Assembly: GCA_017432005.1 (NCBI GenBank)
Contig: JAFRKA010000016.1
Coordinates: forward strand, 145,380-209,379
Reading direction: 5' to 3'
DNA: 64,000 nucleotides
Origin: Erysipelotrichaceae bacterium
GTDB lineage: Bacteria; Bacillota_I; Bacilli_A; Erysipelotrichales; Erysipelotrichaceae
Shown: positions 57,073 through 64,000 of the stretch, piece by piece
How positions within the stretch are numbered: the stretch's first letter is position 1
Layout of the letters: every line of letters starts with the position of its first letter
Notes under the pieces: generated by a model
The model's input: the letters and a program-made list of their open reading frames with translations, nothing else
Database searches by the model: none
What the model was told of the DNA's origin: nothing
Translations under genes and position numbers: made by a program

Positions 57073-57094
57073 GTGATAATCATTGTATCGATTA

Positions 57095-58597
57095 TCAGTC
57101 TTTATCGGTAAGATCCTTTACGACATCGACGATGTCTTTGGCACCGAGCAGACCGTTTTTCTTTTCATAGGCTCCTGTACCGGACCCGGTCGCCGTGACG
57201 ATCGCATCAAGATCATTGACCAGTCCGCTCACACTTGCCACAGTATCCATGCCCAGGATCGAAGCGACATCGGAGATGATCGTTGCCGTACCGGTAATGC
57301 CAAGATCACCGTCTTCGACAGTCGACTTTATATCCCTGCCGGAGACGAAGGCACTTATGACTGATGAAACACCAGGTATGCCTAACAGATCACAGACCAT
57401 TCCGATGTTCTCCAGAGACGCGTCAGACTTCAGATCTGGTTTTAAGATCGGCAGGATCAGTCTGATCATGATGTCTTTCGGATCGGCATTGAACGGAACA
57501 TATCCGACGATCTGTTTATCGTTTTTCAGCTGTTCGAGTTTTTCTTTGATCACGTTCAGCAGTGATTTATTAATCACCAGACCAAGAGGGATCTTTTCCA
57601 GATCGTCTTTCTTCTTTGCCAGGACCTCATTCAGTCTTTCTTCATCGTTGATATCGCAGATATACAGATGTGCTTCAGCTTCAGCAGCAGCCTCATCCGG
57701 CTCTGTTTCAGAATCTTCTTCCGGTTCGACTACTTCCAGATAATGTCTGTTTTTGAGCGTTTTGATCAGTTCTTCATCTTCTGTGCAAACAAAGACGGTC
57801 TTGTCTTCCAGCGACGGTTTGAGATTATCTTCTTCATCCTCTTCTTTCTTCGCTTCTTTTTCGCCTTTCTGTTTCTTTACTGAAGTGACATCAGTTTTCT
57901 TCCGGTTTTTCTTTCCAAGCATCATCATCGCTGCTGCAGCTCCAAGAAGGAGAACGGATCCGCCGATCAGAAGCGGTGAGATCCCGGAATCATTAAAAGT
58001 CTGATTGTCAGAAACGGTCTGGTTATTGTTCGGGGTATTGTTATCATCGTTACCGGAGATCGCATTGATGGCTCCGGCTTCGGCACTCTCTTCGCCGATC
58101 GTCAGTTCAACGAGATTGCTTTTGGAAGGAACATAGTTCTCATCATATGATTCGACACCGATCAGGACTTTCGTTCCGGCCTTGACTTCTTCGTTTTCAC
58201 CGAAATACAGTTCCTGATCCGTGATCGTGATCTTGCCGGTGCCGGTCAGATAGACTCTGACTCTGTCGTTGGTATCGACCGTCATAATGCCAAGGATCGA
58301 CAGGATGTTCCCAAGACTCAGAAATCTGCCGATACTGTTTTCGAGTTCTCCCTCGATCAGCATATACAGCTCATATTCATGAGCGATATCTTCCTTGGTC
58401 TGAGTGATCTCTACTGTCAGTTTTCTGGTCCTGGTCTCATATCTGACCTTGTCGAGAAAGATCTCTTCTGATTCGATCCATTCCTCGATACCTTCTGTTT
58501 CATCTGCCATGACTATCGAAGTCGAAGGGAAAAGACATGAAAGGACAAGAGTCATGATCATGATGATCTTGTTTATAGTACTGATTCTGTTTTTCAT
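57095..58597 (-). CDS. Hypothetical bitopic membrane protein (signal peptide, extracellular domain, TM, acidic cytoplasmic domain)
   Basis: Signal-like N-terminus INKIIMIMTLVLSCLF...VMADE, an Asn-rich linker, a TM segment ISPLLIGGSVLLLGAAAAMMMLG, a KKNRKK stop-transfer sequence, then about 260 aa with no recognised motif. Confidence 0.55.
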   Translation of the reverse strand: MKNRISTINKIIMIMTLVLSCLFPSTSIVMADETEGIEEWIESEEIFLDKVRYETRTRKLTVEITQTKEDIAHEYELYMLIEGELENSIGRFLSLGNILSILGIMTVDTNDRVRVYLTGTGKITITDQELYFGENEEVKAGTKVLIGVESYDENYVPSKSNLVELTIGEESAEAGAINAISGNDDNNTPNNNQTVSDNQTFNDSGISPLLIGGSVLLLGAAAAMMMLGKKNRKKTDVTSVKKQKGEKEAKKEEDEEDNLKPSLEDKTVFVCTEDEELIKTLKNRHYLEVVEPEEDSETEPDEAAAEAEAHLYICDINDEERLNEVLAKKKDDLEKIPLGLVINKSLLNVIKEKLEQLKNDKQIVGYVPFNADPKDIMIRLILPILKPDLKSDASLENIGMVCDLLGIPGVSSVISAFVSGRDIKSTVEDGDLGITGTATIISDVASILGMDTVASVSGLVNDLDAIVTATGSGTGAYEKKNGLLGAKDIVDVVKDLTDKD

Positions 58598-58694
58598 AAT
58601 GCCTCCACTGCCTATACAGATATTGTATTCTATTTGGTCGGATTAAAAAATCGTCTAAAGGTATATTATTATAATCAGCAGGGGGAGAGTGTAT

Positions 58695-59378
58695 ATGAAA
58701 GACAGACACGAAGAGATACAGAGGTCATATAAACAGCTGGGTGATTTTGGAAGCGTCTATGACGGGATCATGACCCGTTCGACGCTTTTAGGCAAAGTGC
58801 TGGACAGTGTCGTCTGGGGACTTGATGACGACAAGGCGGCAAAGTATCTGAATGATGCCCTGGCACCTGTTGAGGAGGATTTTTCCGGAAGTCTGCTGGA
58901 AGTGCCGGTCGGCACCGGCGTCCTGACGATGCCGGTATACAGGACCATGAAAGATGCAGCGATCACGTGTCTTGATTATTCGGCTTCCATGATGGAGAAC
59001 GCGAAAAGAAGAGCTGAAGCCATGGGGATCACAAATGTCACTTTTGTACAGGGCGATGTCGGTGCACTGCCGTTTGCGGATGAAACCTTTGATATCGTTC
59101 TGTCACTCAACGGTTTCCATGCCTTTCCGGACAAGGATGCAGCCTATCGTGAAACATATCGCGTCCTGAAGAAGGGCGGTATCTTCTGCGGCTGTTTCTA
59201 TATCGTCGAAAAATTCAAACGTACTGACTGGTTCGTAAAACATCTGTACATGCCGAAAGGATTCTTCACACCTCCTTTTGAGACAAAGGCAAGCCTGGAA
59301 GAGCGTTTAAAAGGTCTTTATGAAAATGTTGAAGTCCATGCGGTAAATGCGGAAGGGATCTTCTGCTGCAGAAAATGA
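58695..59378 (+). CDS. Class I SAM-dependent methyltransferase
   Basis: LLEVPVGTGVLT (motif I) and a FDIVLSLNGFHAF pattern (Methyltransf_11-like). I place the start at ATG 58695, after GGGGGAGAG. Confidence 0.8.
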   Translation: MKDRHEEIQRSYKQLGDFGSVYDGIMTRSTLLGKVLDSVVWGLDDDKAAKYLNDALAPVEEDFSGSLLEVPVGTGVLTMPVYRTMKDAAITCLDYSASMMENAKRRAEAMGITNVTFVQGDVGALPFADETFDIVLSLNGFHAFPDKDAAYRETYRVLKKGGIFCGCFYIVEKFKRTDWFVKHLYMPKGFFTPPFETKASLEERLKGLYENVEVHAVNAEGIFCCRK

Positions 59379-59420
59379 TCGTTTGACAAGTTTCAGGAAA
59401 AAAAAGTAATAATGATTTCA

Positions 59421-59449
59421 GCCGGGACAAAACCCGGCATTTTATTTGC
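59421..59449 (+). terminator. Intrinsic terminator after the methyltransferase gene
   Basis: GCCGGG-acaaaa-CCCGGC stem followed by ATTTTATTT. Confidence 0.75.
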
Positions 59450-59462
59450 TTAAAATGATGCG

Positions 59463-59482
59463 GATCATTATAAATAATGATC
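59463..59482. promoter_or_regulatory. Perfect 9-2-9 palindrome (operator candidate)
   Basis: GATCATTAT-aa-ATAATGATC. A related palindrome, ATGAT-aa-ATCAT, occurs at 59545-59556 just upstream of a TGaTATAAT extended -10 (59571-59579). Confidence 0.4.
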
Positions 59483-59511
59483 TTGAAAAACTGAATAAAA
59501 GATATATAGCG

Positions 59512-59538
59512 GACCGGAATCTAATGCGGTCTTTTTTT
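59512..59538 (+). terminator. Second intrinsic terminator-like hairpin in the intergenic region
   Basis: GACCG-gaatctaatg-CGGTC stem followed by TTTTTTT. Confidence 0.6.
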
Positions 59539-59593
59539 GACTGTCATGATAAATCATCATGTCCGGCAGATGATATAATTAAACAAGAGTACA

Positions 59594-61777
59594 ATGAGAA
59601 TTCCAATCCGCATCCAGATGACTACCGGTGAAAACGGCGCAACTGCGCTGTTTATGATGCTGGGCTATTTCGGCAGGTTCGTATCGATGGAAGAACTGCG
59701 TGAAGTGTGTATCGCTTCCCGAAACGGTTCAAGTCCTGAACAGCTGAAGAATGCAGCAGAGAAATACGGTCTTGTATGCGAGACCAAAAATCTCACGATC
59801 GAAGAACTTAAAGAAGAAAAGATGCCGGTGATCGTGCGCTGGAAGAAGCGTTACTATACGATCGTCAAAAAAATCGGCAAAAACAATATACATATCATCG
59901 ATCCGGCCAAGGGTGAATACAAGTCGCCGATAGATTATTTTGAGCGTAATTATTCCGGAGAAGCTCTGATATTCACCAAAGGAAAAGACTTTGTCTCAGG
60001 CGGACACGAGGAATCGATGTTTGCCATAGTCAAAGACAGGATCAGTCCGATCATAAAACCGATCATCATCATGGTGATCCTGACACTGATCTGCATCTGG
60101 CTGGATACTCTGCTTTCCAAGGGCATGAAGTACTATATGGACAGCATCGTCAGCTATGACGGTTTCCTGGCGGAAAACGGATCAGACTTCAGTGACAAGC
60201 AGACGATCGATCAGGCCCGTGATATCCTGGCCTGGTTCATCATGATCCTGCTGTATATGGGAACGCTCTTTCAGCTGCTGTTTTCGATCGCAAAGAACAG
60301 AGTCGTCAATCAGACCAGCCGGAAGATGTCGGCTCAGTCCAACAGCAGGATGATCAAGAAGATGCTGAGTCTGCCGCTGTCTTTCTATGAACAGTATTCG
60401 GCCGGTGAACTGATGGGCAGGCTCGACAGCAATGAGAAACTGGAACAGTCGATCATGAATTCACTGGTACCGCGGACTATCAATACGATGATGACGATCT
60501 TCTATTTCTTTTTCCTGTTCTCGTACAACAGTACGATCACGATCATCTGTCTGGCTATTGAAGTGATCAACTTCATCATTACGATAAGACTGCAGAAAAA
60601 GAATTCCATCATTTCCAGAGTCAATGCGACCAGTTCCAACGAATTCAATTCTTCCGTCCTCAACGGTATGAACATGATCGAAACGATCAGATCGACCGGA
60701 TCGGAAAAAGATTTCTTCAATGCGTGGTACGGTTCACTGATGCAGGTGAAAGACAGCCAGGCCGGTACGATGCGGATGAACAGGATCATCTCAGCCGTGG
60801 ACAGCATCCATTCCTTCATGATCGAAGCGGTACGTCTGTTCATCGGTGCGTATTTCATCAGTATCGGCAGGATCACGCTCGGTACGATGTCCCTGTTCAT
60901 GAATATCTTCAACAACCTGCAGAGTTCTCTGAGCAGTGCACTCAGTACCATGAATACGATGCAGACGATGCGTACCAATATCGAAAGAGTCAACGATATC
61001 ATGGATCGTCCTTCTGAAGATGAGATCCCGCTGGAAGAAGGAGTAGAATATGAGAAGCTCAGCGGACGCATCAGTGTCAAAGATATCTCCTACCGCTACA
61101 ACAAGGGAGATGATCCGGCTCTTGATCATGTTTCGCTGGATGTGGAACCCGGGCAGATGATCGCTCTGGTCGGCGGAACGGGCTGCGGCAAAAGCACTTT
61201 ACTGAAGATCATGGCCGGTCTTTATACGGCCGAGAACGGTGACGTCTTCTATGACGGCAAAAAACGTGAAGAGATACCGGATGCGGTCTTCCATTCATCG
61301 ATCGTGACGGTCGATCAGGAAGCCGTGACTTTTGATGATACAGTCTACAACAACATCCAGATGTGGGATGAGACGATCGAGGATTTTGAAGTCATCCTGG
61401 CTGCCAGAGATGCCCAGATCCACGATCGTATAACCTCTGACAGACAGGGCTACAATGTCCGTATCCAGGAGAACGGACTCAACTTCTCGGGAGGTGAGAT
61501 CCAGCGTCTGGAACTGGCCAGAGCTTTGGCTCATGAACCGACCGTGCTGTTTCTGGATGAGTTCACTTCAGCACTGGATGCCCTGACGGAAGACAAGGTC
61601 ATCAGATCGATCAGGGAGAAAGGTACGACCTGTGTGATCGTCGCGCATCGTCTTTCGACGATCATCGACTGTGACAGGATCTATGTCATGCAGAAAGGAA
61701 AGATCGTTGAGCAGGGCACTCACGATGAGCTTTATGCTAAGGACGGAATGTATAAGAAACTGGTGAGTTCACAATGA
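59594..61777 (+). CDS. ABC exporter (TMD-NBD) with N-terminal C39-like domain lacking catalytic Cys and His
   Basis: The N-terminus IQMTTGENGATALFMMLGYFGR aligns with the C39 motif Q...ECGAA.LAM.L.YYG, with Cys replaced by Asn. KKRYYTIVKK stands where NHFVVL carries the catalytic His. The NBD has GGTGCGKST, FSGGEIQR, LFLDEFTSALD and VAHRLS. Confidence 0.85.
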   Translation: MRIPIRIQMTTGENGATALFMMLGYFGRFVSMEELREVCIASRNGSSPEQLKNAAEKYGLVCETKNLTIEELKEEKMPVIVRWKKRYYTIVKKIGKNNIHIIDPAKGEYKSPIDYFERNYSGEALIFTKGKDFVSGGHEESMFAIVKDRISPIIKPIIIMVILTLICIWLDTLLSKGMKYYMDSIVSYDGFLAENGSDFSDKQTIDQARDILAWFIMILLYMGTLFQLLFSIAKNRVVNQTSRKMSAQSNSRMIKKMLSLPLSFYEQYSAGELMGRLDSNEKLEQSIMNSLVPRTINTMMTIFYFFFLFSYNSTITIICLAIEVINFIITIRLQKKNSIISRVNATSSNEFNSSVLNGMNMIETIRSTGSEKDFFNAWYGSLMQVKDSQAGTMRMNRIISAVDSIHSFMIEAVRLFIGAYFISIGRITLGTMSLFMNIFNNLQSSLSSALSTMNTMQTMRTNIERVNDIMDRPSEDEIPLEEGVEYEKLSGRISVKDISYRYNKGDDPALDHVSLDVEPGQMIALVGGTGCGKSTLLKIMAGLYTAENGDVFYDGKKREEIPDAVFHSSIVTVDQEAVTFDDTVYNNIQMWDETIEDFEVILAARDAQIHDRITSDRQGYNVRIQENGLNFSGGEIQRLELARALAHEPTVLFLDEFTSALDALTEDKVIRSIREKGTTCVIVAHRLSTIIDCDRIYVMQKGKIVEQGTHDELYAKDGMYKKLVSSQ

Positions 61778-63981
61778 GTTTTAATTCCGAACTGATAAAA
61801 CGCAGAGAAGATATAAACAAGACTCTGGAGAAATATGCTGACAAGGCCCTGATGGAAGACAAGCAGATCCAGAGTATGGAGAAAGGCCTGGATGATGTCC
61901 AGAGCGCTTTACTGTACATTCTGGACCGTTTCAATATCTCTTCTTCAAGAGTCTACGGTTTCTATCAGATCGATGATCTGGTCGTCAGGATCATGGAAGG
62001 CGCCGGTGTCATGTACCGCAAGTCTGACGACATTCTAAAAGAAACAGAAGACAGGACCCAGTATATCCTGTGCTTTGATAAGAATGATAAACCGTATGTG
62101 ATCGGACCGACGACGGTCGGTTACCGCTGGATGGATCCAAACGGCAAAAAGAGCGGTTTCTGTACCAGGAGTTTCACCCGGTCCATGAAACCTGAATGTT
62201 ATGTCTTTACCCGTCCACTGAGCTGGCATTCATCAGTACTGCAGACTTTTATCGCCTCAGTCTTCCGTTATCTGACTTTTAATGATGTCATGCTGCTGCT
62301 TGTCTCCAGCGGCATCATGACCGGTATCGGTCTGGCTCTGCCAAAGATCAATCAGTGGATCTATAACGACTTCCTCAGTGATCCAAGCGGACAGCTGGAT
62401 AAGTTCAGGATGATGTTTGCCGTGTTCATCAGCCTGAGTATCGTCAATACGACGATCTCCGCTCTTAAATCAAAACTGCTTTTCGGTATCCGCAACCGGA
62501 TCTCAGTAAAAGTCCAGGGTGTCGTCATGGCCAAGATCCTGGAACTGCCGCGGGCCTTCTTCTCCAGTAACTCTTCCGGAAAGATCTCGAAGCGACTTTC
62601 ACAGTGTAACAATCTGACATCGGCGATCGTCAATGTCTTCCTGGACATCCTGCTCAATTTCTCATTCTCCGGTGCCTATCTGATCCAGATGAACAGTATT
62701 TCAAAGGATCTGTTCATACCGGCCGTCATCTTCTCGATCGTCAGAGTCATCTTCTCGATCATCGTTTCTGTTTGGGATGCAGCCATCAATAGCGAGACTG
62801 TCAATATCAGCATGGAATCAGACAGCTTCTTCTATTCGGCGATCAAGGGCATCATGAAGATCAAGAGCATGGGCGCGGAAAAGAAGATCTATGCGAAGTG
62901 GGCCGATATGTACCGTCGCATCCTGCATAACAACTACAGCAAGCCATTCGTGATCCGCAATCAGAGTCTGATCATCTCGGCGCTTTCGACAGCAACGACC
63001 ATCACGCTGATGGGTACGACTGTCTTTGCAGGTCTGACAAGAGAAGACTACATGGTCTTCACATCTTCATTTGCCATGGTCCTCAGCGTCATCAATACCC
63101 TGATCGGAACGATGGAGACCGTCTTCAGGATGAAGACGATGGCTGAAAACATCAGTCCGATCTTCGAATATGAGTCGACCCAGAGCGGATCGAAGGAATT
63201 CGTGACATTACTTCGCGGCAACATCAGAATCGAAAATGTCCACTTCCGCTATGACCCGCTGCAGCCTCCTTGCCTTGACGGCGTATCCCTGGATATCAAA
63301 GCCGGTGAGAAGGTCGCTCTGGTCGGTGAATCTGGATGCGGCAAGTCGACACTGCTCAAGGTCATCATGGGCATGGAGATGCCGGATTCCGGTATCGTCT
63401 ATTATGACGATAGAGATATCATCAATCTCAATCTGCGTTCGCTGCGTCAGAAGATCGGTTCCGTTTTCCAGTTCTCTAAACTGTTCCCGGGAACGATCTA
63501 CGACAATGTGATCTTCGGCTGTTTTGAGACCGTAGATGAGAGCCGTGTCTGGGATGCACTGGAAAAAGCCTGTATCGCCGATTATGTCCGTGAGCTGCCT
63601 CTGGGACTCAATACCGAGGTATCACAGTCCAATTCCAGCGGTTTCTCCGGCGGACAGCGTCAGCAGATCCTGCTGGCCAGAGCCCTGATCCGTAATCCAA
63701 AGGTCCTGGTCCTGGATGAAGCGACATCGGCTCTCGACAACATCACGCAGAAGAAAGTCCTGGACAGCGTTCTGAATCTCAATACGACGGTCCTGATGGT
63801 CGCTCACCGTCTTTCGACCGTCATTAATTTCGACCGGATCGTCATGCTGAAAAAGGGCAAGATCGCTGAATCCGGAACCTATGACGAACTCATGTCCGCT
63901 AACGGTCTGTTTGCACAGCTTGTCAATAAACAGCTGATCGAAGAAAAGAAAGAAGAAGGGGAAGATCCTGCTGATCAATAA
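61774..63981 (+). CDS. ABC exporter partner (N-terminal domain of about 150 aa of unknown function, then TMD-NBD)
   Basis: GESGCGKST, FSGGQRQQ, VLVLDEATSALD and VAHRLS motifs. It forms an ATGA overlap with the upstream ABC gene. The next gene starts at 63996, after AAGGAG, and is cut by the window edge. Confidence 0.85.
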   Translation: MSFNSELIKRREDINKTLEKYADKALMEDKQIQSMEKGLDDVQSALLYILDRFNISSSRVYGFYQIDDLVVRIMEGAGVMYRKSDDILKETEDRTQYILCFDKNDKPYVIGPTTVGYRWMDPNGKKSGFCTRSFTRSMKPECYVFTRPLSWHSSVLQTFIASVFRYLTFNDVMLLLVSSGIMTGIGLALPKINQWIYNDFLSDPSGQLDKFRMMFAVFISLSIVNTTISALKSKLLFGIRNRISVKVQGVVMAKILELPRAFFSSNSSGKISKRLSQCNNLTSAIVNVFLDILLNFSFSGAYLIQMNSISKDLFIPAVIFSIVRVIFSIIVSVWDAAINSETVNISMESDSFFYSAIKGIMKIKSMGAEKKIYAKWADMYRRILHNNYSKPFVIRNQSLIISALSTATTITLMGTTVFAGLTREDYMVFTSSFAMVLSVINTLIGTMETVFRMKTMAENISPIFEYESTQSGSKEFVTLLRGNIRIENVHFRYDPLQPPCLDGVSLDIKAGEKVALVGESGCGKSTLLKVIMGMEMPDSGIVYYDDRDIINLNLRSLRQKIGSVFQFSKLFPGTIYDNVIFGCFETVDESRVWDALEKACIADYVRELPLGLNTEVSQSNSSGFSGGQRQQILLARALIRNPKVLVLDEATSALDNITQKKVLDSVLNLNTTVLMVAHRLSTVINFDRIVMLKKGKIAESGTYDELMSANGLFAQLVNKQLIEEKKEEGEDPADQ

Positions 63982-64000
63982 GGAGATACAGAAAAATGTT

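Noticed and set aside
57001-57094. T-box leader or other riboswitch upstream of argS.
   Set aside because: Only about 95 nt separate argS from the upstream gene. They are occupied by that gene's terminator, a TAAAAT -10-like hexamer and the RBS. There is no room for a T-box and no specifier or T-box motif.
59446-59631. 61-aa ORF (TTG start) in the intergenic region before the ABC genes, considered as a possible exporter substrate or precursor.
   Set aside because: It reads straight through an intrinsic terminator hairpin and into the ABC gene in another frame. It has no RBS, no GG motif and no hydrophobic or Cys-rich core. Other small ORFs in 59380-59593 are 13 aa or shorter.
1-64000. CRISPR arrays, insertion sequences, integrases, prophage or conjugative modules, toxin-antitoxin pairs and known defence systems.
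   Set aside because: I saw no regularly spaced repeats, no transposase, recombinase or Cas-like motifs, and no compositional break. The window reads as core chromosome with two small accessory patches (12.7-16.5 kb and 57-64 kb).

Overview
Origin-proximal chromosomal segment of a Bacillota-type genome, possibly Erysipelotrichia- or Clostridia-like; that placement is inferred from gene content and order only. GC looks mid-40s % by eye. The window is densely coding, mostly on the + strand, with many 4-11 nt start/stop overlaps. I support about 60 protein genes, 2 tRNA genes and about 25 intrinsic terminators. Gene content in order: thyA-folA; a small MGMT-domain protein overlapping a 2H phosphoesterase; nadK; a membrane pyrophosphatase gene broken by two 1-nt deletions; rsmG, a noc-like gene, soj and spo0J; a telA/yaaN-like gene; a small accessory stretch (double-glycine-leader protein, DUF4428 protein, micro-ORF, C11 clostripain-like peptidase, orphan Hpt); a long housekeeping operon (rluD-like, ybaK, ispD, rnmV, rsmA, ispE, prs); pepD; addB-addA; a sugar locus (BtpA/SgcQ, split transketolase, mannose-family PTS IIC/IID/IIB, oxidoreductases, nagA, fucosidase); two divergent tRNA-Arg genes followed by an arginine deiminase operon (arcA, arcB, arcC, YfcC/ArcD-type transporter) and an AraC/M20/GNAT trio; argS; and an ABC exporter pair at the right edge. 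I saw no CRISPR array, transposase, integrase, phage module or recognisable defence system. The items most worth follow-up are: (1) argS encodes ArgRS fused C-terminally to a B3/B4 (PheRS-beta editing-domain-like, COG3382) module; (2) an NHLM-bacteriocin-like ABC exporter pair whose C39 peptidase domain has lost its catalytic Cys and His; (3) an orphan double-glycine-leader protein next to the DUF4428/micro-ORF/C11/Hpt cluster; (4) Prs fused to a degenerate GlmU-like N-domain; (5) GATC tetranucleotides roughly 5-fold over-represented; (6) the doubly frameshifted hppA. All functional calls rest on motif recognition from memory, with no database search.
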